Part shown: one piece after another, positions 50,330 to 62,817 of the stretch
How the letters are laid out: every line of letters starts with the position of its first letter
Numbering within the stretch: position 1 is the first letter of the stretch
Assembly (NCBI GenBank): GCA_050084985.1
Contig: JBITNC010000002.1
Location: 32,302,001-32,366,000 of the forward strand
Direction of reading: 5' to 3'
DNA from: Nageia nagi
Taxonomy: Eukaryota > Plantae > Pinophyta
Length of the DNA: 64,000 nucleotides
The notes under the pieces: generated by a model
Databases searched by the model: none
What the model saw: only the letters and a program-made list of their open reading frames with translations
What the model was told of the DNA's origin: nothing
Made by a program: the position numbers and the translations under genes

Positions 50330-53100
50330 ACATCAGTCTCATTCAAGAGAATAACCTGAGCATCATTCCTCTCCGTAAAAAGATAACATTTTCGTAACGC
50401 TAGAAGGTTTCAAAATAATATACCTTGATAAGTCCAAAAATACAAACAAACTACATGGCACATTAAATATTATGGTTGAACTTGAACCTCACGCATCTAT
50501 ATCAAGAGACGCGATATTCTTCCAATCAAATCAAACTGTCCGGCCTTGACAATAATATGGATACCGTAAAACCTTATCTAATTCCTATTCATCGCACAGA
50601 ATGTTTAAAAGGGGAGGACAATAAATTATTGACTGATGTCCATACATTTGCATCTGTCAAGCATCAGAATAAGGTACAAAAGATATATAGTTAATGGAAA
50701 TTTACAAGGATGTTTCCGAATTTAGGCGTTGCGATACAAACAATAGTCTTATCTAATAGATGATTTTTTTTTTAACTGTTATGCATTTCTTAAAAATTAT
50801 TCATAATAAATAAGTGCATACTTTGCTCTTGTTTAATTTACATACCATAGGTCTGTTTTCAATTAAGAAACAATGGTTCACTCTACATTGGTTATAAGAA
50901 TGTCTGCAAAATGTTTCAATTGCATCTTTTTGGCTGTTACAGAATAATTATATTTTCAGGTATCAAGTTTGCTTTGCGATACAATTCTGAGATCTCACAG
51001 ATACCAGACTCATTGCTAATGGAGATCCAAAACAAAAGGTCTTGGATCCCATTTTCCAAAAGAGCATACGTGAGAAGCTATGATTGGCCAAGGTAAAATG
51101 CAGTACAGTGCTAAATTATCACTTTATTAAGCATTATGTTGTAGATATTTACATAATCTTGCTATTACATTGCAGTCAAAATAGGTGGGCAGTTACATAA
51201 ATGTATGTCTTGTCATCAAGAAAAGCTACCATGTTTTTCTACGCTGTACAGGTACATTTCTGCCCTGTGCAATTGGACATGTAATGGAAATATACAGATC
51301 GGCAAAGTAAAGGAGGTACTGAATCCATAATTCACCAAGATACAGAGAACAATCGTCCGGTTGCAGAAAGATGCATGCGCTTGTACAAAAACGGAAAGCA
51401 GACAGTATACCATGTCATTAATTTCTTTGTCTTTATAGAAACTATAATGTCTACTGATAGATGTCCTAAATCAGTAAAATGACGTACAAATAATAGAGTT
51501 ATTGTCCTTTGATTGAGCAGAGCCCAAGAATATACAATTTATCATTTGGAAATCATGTCATTATGAGTTTCTTTTGTTTCAGATCAGTTAAATAGCTTCA
51601 TTTTATGTTACAAATCAAAGAAAAAGTTTGTACATTCAGAAGGTACGAGCACCTTTATCAGAGAAAAATCCTTAGGGCTCTTAACAGCAACCAAATAAGC
51701 TAAAAATGCTAAACACAGTTACCTTGCTTGAACTTAGGATTCCTAGATCTAATAGTTTTCCATGTGCACATATGATATGAACATCATGCACTGCTCTTCA
51801 TGGAAAAAATTATTTTAAATGGTTCATAGATGATTTCCGCAAGGCATAGGAATCGAAGAAACCTCATGAAAACTTACGTATAGAGAATCCTATGCATAAA
51901 GATCAGATCTCATCCTCAATCAAAGAAATGATTCTTTTTTACTCATCCACATGATCGAACATACCATAAAATCCAGTGTCATCCGCCCTGGTTGATCTTC
52001 AGCATATTCCTCGGCCCTCCTGAAATATTAAAATAGAATAGCAGACTGCAGCTATGTTTAGATAAACCATAAGTGAACTGATCATAACTGAACATCACTG
52101 CTCCCATATATGCAACATGGCCCAGATCGTTAAATCGATCCGTTTCACTAATCAAACAAAAACAAGCTAAAAAAACACCACCCGCGAAAGAAAATCAATC
52201 AACAATCTCAGAAACCCTGACGCAACTCAAAAAATCTTGGTACCCATAATCTGATCCTTAAACAATCTTTTATGTTCATGGCATCCATTAAATTCCTCAC
52301 AAAACTGCAGATCTCTCTGCATAATCCAAACAAAACCCAGTAAATTCCAATCATCTTGAACCAAAAAAAAAACACTAACCAAAAAGTAGATTAAAGTCAC
52401 CTGATGTTAATCTACCGCTTCTTGGCTGCATCTCCTCTTACTGTAGATTCCAGAACCCTTGCATATTTTCCCACAGCGATCTTGAACTTCAAGAAGATCA
52501 GTAGGGAACTGATATACATTAACCAAGCCCCTCTGACTCCACGCGTATAGTTCAAGAAAGCTGTGGAAAAGCATGACAAGGATTCACCACTCTCAAACCT
52601 CGACTCAAAACGCTCAAAAAAAAAAAAAAACAAAAAAACAAAACACATCATATAATATACTCCATACTCCATACAAATATGTATATGTTTCTCCTCCACT
52701 TTCTGAACAATCATGCAGAATACCCTCCATGGCCATATTATATGTAATGTACATATCCTACTTTCAAAATTGGTTTTTTTTTCCTTCTTTTTTTTGGGTT
52801 TAATATCAGGTGAACAAGAGGACGTTCATCTCCGTGAGATCCGAGACGAGGAGGACTACTTTTTTTTTTTCCAACTGTCTTTCAGCAGAAAATCACGGTG
52901 AAAACTTGTGCACAGAACCCTAGCCCGACAAAACAATAAAAAATGAAGGAGGTGTAAAATTTTGATGGTCTGCAGGTCCCGAGACCCAACCTACTGGGTC
53001 TCCATGAGGATGGCATGGCATGGAACAGTGACCAGATGGGCCGTCGCGGGCGCCGAACGCCTCGTGAATTGAATACCGCGTGACAGAAAAATGTAACTGT
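50330..53100 (-). ncRNA. MIR396: Probable spliced pri-miR396 transcription unit (boundaries approximate)
   Basis: Non-repetitive, CpG-retaining island containing the hairpin; donor CAG|GTGACT at 52400, acceptor TTTCAG at 52020, further donor-like sites at 51877 and ~51722; no long ORF. Confidence 0.55.
52453..52585 (-). ncRNA. MIR396: pre-miR396 stem-loop
   Basis: 5p arm UUCCACAGCUUUCUUGAACUA (52548-52568); 3p arm GUUCAAGAUCGCUGUGGGAAA (52467-52487) in 2-nt-overhang register; lower stem GAAUCCUUG/CAAGGGUUC. Confidence 0.96.
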
Positions 53101-53119
53101 GCTATCTCCTCCGTCCTCC

Positions 53120-53133
53120 ATTTATTTAAATAA
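53120..53133 (-). promoter_or_regulatory. Putative TATA-like core promoter of MIR396
   Basis: TTTATTTAAATAAAT on the minus strand, ~540 bp upstream of the hairpin, embedded in GC-richer sequence. Confidence 0.55.
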
Positions 53134-53439
53134 AGAACAATTTGATTATCGGTTTCATTACAAGGTTGGGTATTTGAAAGTAAAAAAATATCTGGCCGGT
53201 TCATGTTATGCAATCGTTGCATCCGGAGCGTACGATGGGGAATCGGACGGTGAGGTGACACAGACAGGTAACGGACCCACGGCACCCGTTGTTGCCTTTG
53301 GTGTAATGATCGTGTTGCCCTGGTTTTCATTGGGCTATAAGAGGACAAATATCATACATATCTTTCGTATTTATTATACACATTTTTCTTCTCCTCCAAA
53401 CACATGCATGCATGTGGGGGTTGGGGTTAGTGTCAAGTA

Positions 53440-56290
53440 GCAAGTGGTGATAGTGATATGGTTCTTCAGGTATGATGAGAGATATGATTGAATAAGGTGG
53501 AGATGATAAGTGTAAGTCACATGGGTGATATTGTATTACATCAATGTGTGAAATTGTGTTGAATCAACAATCTATGGATAATTCATTAGTAGTCAAATGT
53601 ATCTTGCACTTATAAGATCATAAGCCATGAAAAACTAGTTAAGGTAAGAAATTGTAGTTTTGAAATACTAACATCTATGATCATAACTTCATGTGAAACA
53701 TAGTATGATCAAATTGATGGGTCATGCATAGATGATTTCAAAGAGATCATGTCTCAACGCTAAACATGAAAAGAAAGTATGATAGGATAATACCCTCCTA
53801 TATAGTAAGGTGTGGATGCCAAAAATGATGTGAACATACCTCCTTTGAATAAAAGAAGGAAATTGTAGTTTTGAAATACTAACATCTAGCATATGATCAT
53901 AGTCACATAGTCTGATCAAAGTGATGAGTCAAACATAGATGGTAGTGGCAAGTGGTGATAGTGATATAGCTCTTGATGCATTATGATCGATATAATTAAA
54001 TAAGGTATATGGTGAGAGCAAATCACATGAGCGATATTGTATTACGAATCAATACATGGTCGATAGGATTAAATAAGGTGTAGATGACGATGTAAGTCAC
54101 ATGGATGATATTGTACTCCACAAATATATTAAATGGTGTTGAATCAATAATCTATGGATAAGATTAAAGAGAAGATCAATAGTAGCCACATGCATCTTGC
54201 ACTTATAAAATCATAAGCTATGAAAACTAGTCAACGTAAGAAATTGTAATTTTGAAATACTAGCATCTAAGATATGAGCATGGTCCCATTTGAGATATAG
54301 TATGATCAAACTGACAAGTCATGCATAAATGATTCCAAACAGATTGTGTATCAATGCTAAACATGACAAGAAAGCATGATAGGATAATACCCCTTTATAT
54401 AATAAGGTGTGGTTGCCAAAAATGATGTGAGCATGCCTCCTTTAAAGCAAGGTAAGAAATTATAATTTTGAAATACTAACATCTTGCATATGATCATATA
54501 GTCAAATGTGAAACATAGTGTGATCAAAGTGATTAGTCACACATAGATGAAAGTGGCAAGTGATGATGGTTTTATGGTTCTTGATGCATGATGATCAATA
54601 CGATTGAATAAGGTACATACGGTGAGTGCAAGTCACATGGGTAATATTGTACTACAAGTCAATAAATGATCGATAAGATTGAATAAGGTGTACACGGTAA
54701 GTATGTCACATGGGTGAATTGTACTACACTAAAGTATGAAATGGTGTTGAATCAATAATCTATGGATTAAATTAAAGAGAAGATCATTAGTAGCCACATG
54801 CATCTTACACTTATGAAAATCATAGGCCATAAAATATCATTCAAGGTAAGAAATTGTAGATTTGAAATACTAACATCTAACATATGATCATAGCCCCATG
54901 TGAAATATAATATGATCAAATTGATGAGTCATGCATAGATGACTCCAAAAAGATCATGTTCCCATGCCAAACATGATAAGAAAGTATGATAGGATAATAC
55001 CCCCTATATAATAAGGTGTGGATGCCAAAAATGATGTGAGTATGCCTCCTTTGAAGCAAAGTCAAAAATTGTAGTTTTGAAACACTAACATCTAGCATAT
55101 GATCACAATCCCATATCAAAAATAGTGTGATTAAAGTGATGTATCATACATACACAATTCTAAAGTGATTATATCCCTATGATAAACATGATAGGATAAT
55201 AACCCTCTTTGGAGCAAGGTAAAAATTATAGTTTTAAAATACTAAAATCTGACATATGATCATAGCTCCATGTGAAACATAGTGCAATAGAAGTGATGAG
55301 TCATACACGAATGATTCTAAAGTGATTGTATCCCCATGCTAAACATGAAAAGAAAGCACAACAGGATAATATCCCTCTATGTAGTGAGGTGTGGATGCCA
55401 AAAATGATGTGATCATACCTTCTTTGAAGCGAGGTAAGAAATTATAGTTTTGAAATACTAACATCTATCTTATGATTATAGCCCCATGCAAAATGTAATG
55501 CAAGATATTTGATGATTTGAATGCATAGATGATTCTAAAACTATTGTACTATTTCCATGCTAAATACAATAAGAATGCAAGATAGCACGATGAGTTCTAG
55601 GAAGTCAAGTGGGGATGTGAATAATAATGTGATCATACCTCCTTTGAAGAAAGGTAAGAAAATTGTATTTTAAAATACTAACATCTAGCACATGATCATA
55701 GCCCCATGCAAAATATAGTATAAGATAAGTGACGAGTCATGCATAAATGATTTCAAAACAATCATGTACCCATGCTAAACATGATAATAAATAAAGATAA
55801 GATAACTCTCCCTATGCACTAAGGTGTGGATGTCAAAGATGATGTGATCATTCTTCCTTTTAAGAAGATAAGAAATTGTTATTTTGAAATACTAACATTT
55901 ATCTTATGATTATAGCCCCATGTAAAATATAACATGAGAGAATTGATGAATTATACATAGATAATTCCAAAATAATCATATCTCCATACTAAATATAATA
56001 AGAAAATATCCCCTATGTACTAAGATATGGATGCCAAAAATGATATGACTATACTTCCATTGGAGTAAAGTAATAAATTGTAGGTTTTCAATTATACTAA
56101 TATATAGGATGTAGTCCTATGCGAAAAATAATGCAAGAGAAGTGATGATTCATGTGTAAATATTTTTAAATAAATCATACCCCATGTTAAGCATGATAAG
56201 AAATAAATATAGGATATATAATATGCCCATGATGTAGTATGTTGTGAATGGTAGAAATGATATGATCATGTCTCCTTTGAAGCAAGGTAT
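53440..56290. repeat. Tandem array with ~216-bp monomer and ~600-bp higher-order unit
   Basis: Anchor motif GAAATACTAACATCT recurs near 53662, 53874, 54254, 54470, 54864, 55079, 55236, 55452, 55672, 55886 and 56090. Confidence 0.9.
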
Positions 56291-56639
56291 TGAAAAAAAC
56301 TTTACAAGTAATAAAATAAAATAAAATTATGTCAAATATAATTATCTCCTTGAGATATATATGTAATCCTTTAGGTGAGGATGAATATCTTAGAAGAGTA
56401 AACTTAGATGTGATATTTATTAATTAGTGATGTAACTTTAGTAATGATGTTGATACCTCAATGACTTATGTGATCTAAACCATATTATGAAAAGTTATTA
56501 GTATATATCCTATTGATAAAATCATGATAGACTATGTAATCAATAAATCCTTTCCATGTGTATATGATAAATTAAATCTAAAAATCTAAATCATTCTAGG
56601 TGTTACAAAACATTTTTATTTTTATTGAATTTATGAAAT

Positions 56640-57086
56640 ACTTCAATATTATTATTCAATAAAATATTTTTGATCCCAAAGATAAGTGAGGCCTCGTGAT
56701 ATATCATGGGATTCAAAGAGACTACACCTTTCAATAAGTTATATTTTCCATGCCACTATCTCCTTTTTTTATTTATATTTTAGTTTCTTGAAAGAATACT
56801 AGTTATTGTTTATTTGTATGAATCATGTTTTTTATTTATTATTTTTAGAGGGGCTTCCTTTAATCCCTTTAACATTTTATCAAATGATCCTCATAAGGAA
56901 TAGACACCAAAGGGATTCACAATAATAGTGACCTTACATTTTTCAATAATTAGTTTCCTCTATTTGTTTTAGTGTTGGTTAGCACTTCAACTCACCTAAA
57001 TTGATTAGTATCCAAGTTCATTTTCTTACTTTTATCCTACCTTATACAAGTTAAATCTTGGATAGATTCTAGCCCTAATTAATGTG
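56640..57086 (-). mobile_element. Older LINE, 3' piece (ORF1 end and ORF2 endonuclease start)
   Basis: From ATG at 56894: MRII**NVKGL...VFFQETK...SRGLTYLWD, matching the L1 EN motifs SWNVRGL / LQETK / SGGLxxxW. Confidence 0.75.
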
Positions 57087-57359
57087 TATAGGAAACTATA
57101 GCATTTTTTTTTAAAGGTAAATATATTATCAAAAAAAGCATACGGGTTTTGATGGGGTCCCCAAAACCTATTACAATTAGAAAATATTCTTGTTCAAATT
57201 GTGTGCTAAAAAGAGTACACCTATGCTGATATGTCTACCTATATAGTACTAAACAGTAGCTAAAATACATCCATAATTACATCTATAAGCATTTTCATCC
57301 TAGAAGAGATAATTTAACAAAAATTGGGGCACATTGGGAGATAATGATACAAAAAAACT

Positions 57360-58988
57360 ACATCAAAGATGGGAAGGGGATCCTCCCCTTCTTCATTAGA
57401 GTTGGACTTTAGAACCTTTGGGTTTTGGCTACCCTCTTGCTCCATTTTACTGGTGATTGACCCTCTCATCTTCTTCTTCTTCAGGATATTTTTCTTAGGT
57501 TTGCTTGATCTAAGCTCCTTAGGTCTCCTAAAAGATATGGAGTTGATTTTGAGTGGGGCCTATATGGTCCTGAGAGGGATACCTTTCCCCTTAGGATTAT
57601 TTTCCTTTTCTCTTTCTAGGTCGTCACTTTTCTCTAAAGGTTGGGCTAATTATAGGCATGTGAGATGAGATCCAAGAATGATAAAGCTTCATAGCCCTCT
57701 TCATATAATGAGGTTGAGGTATTATTTATCACATATGCAGAAGGCTTTATGGAATCCTGCTCTTCCAGGGTTTCTATTATGTCCCCCTCTTTAGGAGTGT
57801 CCTCCATTACTACTCCAAGGATTTCATCACCGATTTCTCCCACATCTACCTCTTCATCTAGTTCTTCAAATTCCTCTTTTATAGGCTTGGGTGAAGGGTG
57901 GTATTCCTCTCCTTCCTCATGAGAAGGATTTGGTTGTATGTCAAATTTTTGATGGGTAAAGGTCCTAATCTCAATAACCTACTTCAGGATTTCTTCTTCC
58001 ATTTCATGGGAGATATGGGCATGTAGACGTTTGCTTAATCTAATGGGAGGTACTGGGTTGCTTTCTTCCTTATATTTTTCTACATCTACCTTTAGGGGTT
58101 TCTTCTTCTTAGAAGATGGGGAAGGGCCCTTTCCTTGAGCCTTATGTTTTGCCTTCTTATTCTTTAAGGTTGCTCAAGGTATTTGGTTTTTATGGTCTCA
58201 CTTGCCTTCTCTTCCCTCTTCGAGTCTCCTTTCTTTTTTTTCTTTATCTCTTCTGCTACCTCCTCTTAGAATGCTAGGGCTTCCTTTTGTATCCTTTTTT
58301 ATAGTAATTACATGAATGCCCTCTGATTATCTATTCCTTTGGTTGGAATGAGGAGTGAGAAGATCAATTTTAGGCTAATTAATTATTTCTACTTTATACA
58401 TCAAAGCCATGTGACCATGGTGCCTTGATTTGGATAATTTCTTCTTTCACACATTCTCAATAGAATTCCTTACACCATCTAATAAATAAGAGACAAAGTT
58501 GATTTGCCATTCTAATAATTTCCTTCCCTACCTGAAATGATTAAGGAGCGAGAGATGGGTGTTGAACACAATAGTGAATTGCCCATCAAGTGTGAAATAT
58601 TTGATGACCCAAGTGGCCATTCTATCCTAGGGTTCTGGTAGGCCTCAAAGAACATACCCCATGCCATATTTGACCAACTCCTTCCCCTCTATGAGAAAGG
58701 CTTCAATTTCCTTAGGCCTTACTTTCTCATTTTTGCAAAGCATCCTTCCTTCCAAAATCAAGTGGGGTACCTCTGCAATAGCTTCCATCAAAAAATTAAT
58801 CATAATAGACCCTATTTCGGTGCTATCCCCCTCCCATCTATCCATAATTTTCTAGGATATTATTGGTTAGATTCCTTGATACATCTTCATGAACATTCTT
58901 ACCCCTCCCTTTTTATTTTTTTCTAGCATTATCAATCGATTCTAATCTCCCTCACTCTACTAAGCTCAGCTTTGCATGCTTTTCCCAT
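57360..58988 (-). pseudogene. Extra ORF (ORF3) downstream of LINE ORF2, same orientation
   Basis: MGKACKAELSRV...KGGVRMFMKMYQG...MDRWEG...AIAEVPHL...LPEP*DRMATWVIKYFTLDGQFTIVFNTHLSLLNHFR...INFVSYLLDGV...HHGHMALMY, then a Lys/Glu-rich tail. The 3' end is approximate. Confidence 0.75.
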
Positions 58989-59199
58989 ACTGTCATCCTT
59001 GCATGTAACAACTATAAGATAAACCCAGACCATCAATAGTGTTGTGAAAGTGATGGCTTCTAATGAAATTAAACCACCTTTTTGTTCCTTGGAATTTGTA
59101 TTAATAAAAAATCATGTGTTTGAATGGTTATCCTAATAACTCCTCACTTGAATTTAAATTCGATCCCCCATTTTTATCATACCACAAGTGATCATGATG

Positions 59200-62100
59200 G
59201 TGGGGTGATATGAGCTTCATACCCTCCAATTGGCATATTTGGTAGGCCGTCCAAGTGGAGCTTTTTGATGAAGTTGATGAATTTACCATTCTTATTCAAG
59301 TTGATATTCATACATGCAATAATAGTTTCCTTTTTCTCTTGAATGCTTTTGTGTGTTACTGTGGAAGCTATTTGGCTACATTCTCTTAAGATCTTAGTAT
59401 TTCACTCTTTCCATATGTTTCAACAAATATGGGCTAGAAGGATACCTTTTGCTTCATAAACCTTCTTTTTTGAACCTCCTAAGTGCCAATCCTTAATAAA
59501 CATTTCAATGATAGAGGGATAGTCCCATTTTTCTAAATTTATTTAAAATGATATCCTATATTTACGTCGTAAATTTACATTGGAGAAACATATGGTTGAT
59601 TATTTCTTCCTCTTTTTCACATAAGGAACATTTATTGGGGAGTTTTATCTCTTTTTTTTTTTTCAAGTTATCTAGGGTAAATATCTTGTTTAATATTGCT
59701 ACCCACATAAAGGAGGCCACTTTGGGGGTTAGATTCTTTCTCCATATCTTTTTCCATAACCATTTCCTCTTATCTTTGAAGTTGGTATTCAAGATGTTAC
59801 ATCTTATCTTAATAGAGAAATATGATTTATTGCCCTATCCAACCTTTCACCAAAGGGAATTTGGTTTATCAGTCATGAATATTGGATAAGATTCTAAAAG
59901 GGAATAGATAGACTGTAGTCCAATTTCTATTTGGAGGTTCAGAGCAGGGGGAGGGTCTATCTAATCATACCATCCTCTGTTGTTATGTAATTCTTAACCT
60001 TAGTTCCTAAATTGATATTTTTCCATTCAATTGCTGATATGAGGAAATTATATTAGAAAAGTAGTGTATCACAAATCCAAATATCCTTCCAATATAAAAA
60101 TTTATCTCCTTTTTTCTATTTCCCATTTTGATTTCTTCCATATTATATCTTTTATATCTAAGAGACCATTCCAAAATGCAGATCCTTTTGGTGGGTTAAA
60201 GAAGCTAAGAAAGTTCTCCCTTCCCTCCATATATTTGAACTTGCAAATTTCTCCAATTTAATTTTCATGCCACTCTCCATCCTCTAAGCAAGTTTTATTT
60301 TAAGTGCTTTGTTCATCCATTCTATCTGCATGATCCCCATAGATCTATTTGATTTTTTCCTATAAATAAGGGGCCAAGCTACCAAGGATATCTTCTTTTT
60401 CTCCTTAAATATTATCCAAAGGAAGTTCTAATAGATCTAGTTTATTTGTTAGGTTACTAGTGTTGGAATTTTGAATACACTAGCCATATATACTAAGATA
60501 CTTTGAAGGGTAGCTTTAACTAGTTGAATTTTACTTGCAAAAATGAGCACTCCCCTTTTTCAACCTACTATTTTTCTAAAAAATCATTTTATTACCACAT
60601 TTAAAAAATCCTTATTGACCCTCCCAATAAATAAAGACATACGAAGGTATATGGAGAGGAGGTTTCCAATTTGGTAGTTAAAGACTTGGGCTATTCAATT
60701 ACCTCCTATTTGTAGGGGATTCAGGAAGAAGATATGGGTCTTTTCATAATTTATTTTTTTGTTGGAGGCTTTCTTTTATATATCCAATATCCTTTTAAAT
60801 TCTTTTACTTTAGTAGTACTATCATGTCTGATCAAAATTGTATCATATACAAACTGGTGGTGAGAAACTGGCATGCAGTTGGGGGTTGGGGTAACACCTT
60901 CTATTTTGCTAACCCATATTCTTTCTTTTAGATTTCTTCCCAATGCCTCAAAAAGGATAATGAACAAGTAAGGGGAGATTATGTCTCCTTATTTGAGTCC
61001 TCTAGTTGCATTGAATAAGCTACTTGCCTCCCCATTGATTAGGATATAGAAAGAGGTCATTAAGGTGCATAAATAGATCCATTTCCTCCATTATTGAAGC
61101 TAAATTTCCCTAGCATATGATCTAAGAAACTCCATAATACTCTATCATAAGCCTTATACATATATAGTTTTATGAGTATTTCCTTTTATCTTTTATAATT
61201 GATGGAGTGGATTATCTCATGCATAGTGATGATTCCATCAACTATTTGTCTACCTTTGACAAAGCCATATTATTCATATGAAATAAGTTTCAGAAGGAAT
61301 TCTTGGAGTTTATTATCTAAGATTATGGTGATTAACTTGTATAAGATGTTGTAGAGACTGATGGGTTTGAATTCTTTCAAATTAGAGGTACCATAAAATT
61401 TTGGGATGAGGGATAGAAAAGTTATGTTCCAACTCATGAGAAGTGTATCATTTTTCTTGAATTCATGAATCACACTAATTACATCCTCTCCTACTATTTC
61501 CTAGAAAGTTGGAAAAAGTGAACAAAAAAACCATCAGGGCTTCGATTTTTTTTCTTTTCCCATTATATAGAGGGAAAAAATAATTTTATCTTCTATGAAG
61601 GAAGCTATTAATTCCCCATTATCCTCCTTTAAGATCTTTTGGGGAATGTTTGCTAGAAGTGTTTTAGCTTATTCTTGTTCATCCTTGTAGAACTGAATAA
61701 TTATATATTTCATGATGCTTTCATATTCAATGATGCTTCCATCATCATCTTGGATACTTTTGATGTTGTTATGGGCCCTGTGTTTCATGATTGTCATCTT
61801 GAAAAAGTTTGTGTTATGGTCCCCATATTCCAACCAATTGTTGTGGGATTTTTATTTCCAATGAAGTTCCTCTTGAAATATGATTTTGTGATATTTTTAT
61901 TTTTAGTTCTACCTCCATGGTTATTGTTTCCTCCATTCTACTTTGAATCTGAATCACTCTTTCTAAGTTGTTTAGTTCCAATTTAATCTCTTCTTTTTGT
62001 CTATCAATATTTTTGAAGGTATATCTATTCCAAATTTTTAGATTAGATTTTATATATTTTATGTTTGAGGATACCTGAAACATCCTAGTTCCCTCTACTT

Positions 62101-62800
62101 CAATGCTCCACTATTATTTAATAAGTTTAGGGGGGAAAGGTTAGTGAGCCACATATTTTTAAATATGAAAGGGATACACTTCTTTTGAGGGGGGATTGAA
62201 GGGAGTGTGTTTAGAATATGTTTTAGTTTTCATGATGAGAGAATGATTAGCGAATTGGGAGAATTTGTATACTAAACATGAATCTCTATTTAGTTTGGTT
62301 TGGATACAATTCTCTTATGATATTAAATTATTCCAAGTAAAATCAACTCCATATAATTTAAGATCCATCAACATGTTGTCATTTAGGAAGTCTCTCAGAG
62401 AATCTAAATTACTTTGAATTTTTGGTTCTCCTCCTTTTTTCCCATGTTGGTGAGGAATTGTGTTAAAGTCACCCATAATTAACCAAGGCCATTGAGAAAA
62501 TAGTTTCCTATCCTCTAAGAGGTTGAGGAAGGTGTGCTTCCTTTCTTAAGGATCATCTAGAGTATATATGTTGGTAATGATACAAGAAAAATCAAATTCT
62601 TTTACTCTATAAAAGAGATGAATGTAATTATTTTATTCATGGAGGAAAGGTGGTATCAAGACTTCAATTTCTTTTGGATTCTATAAAGTAACCATTCCTT
62701 CAAATGCCCCTTTAGTTACTTTCCAAAGAAATTTTGCTCTTCTCCATAGTCTCATTTTAACATATATGATCCTATATTTTTTCAATTTTGATTCTTGAAT
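59200..62800 (-). pseudogene. LINE ORF2 remnant (endonuclease, RT, zf-RVT)
   Basis: EN: WLIMGDFN. RT: WNITFLSLIPK...FKPISLYNILYKLI, RGLK*GDIISPYLFI, HHQFVYD, YLRMSL. Zinc finger: CSLCEKEEEIINHMFLQC. Confidence 0.92.
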
Positions 62801-62817
62801 TATAGGAAACTATAGCA

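Larger units (their letters stand above)
57104..62800 (-). mobile_element. 5'-truncated L1-like LINE with poly(A) tail and 17-bp TSD
   Basis: TSD TATAGGAAACTATAGCA at 57087-57103 and 62801-62817; T-run at 57104-57112; the element begins mid-endonuclease at IQESK. Confidence 0.92.

Noticed and set aside
52412-53440. Several 60-140-aa ORFs over the MIR396 locus
   Set aside because: They overlap the hairpin, T-runs or the TATA-like box on both strands and have no protein-like motifs.
56288-56607. Possible solo LTR ending GGTGTTACA
   Set aside because: No matching TSD or partner LTR could be found.
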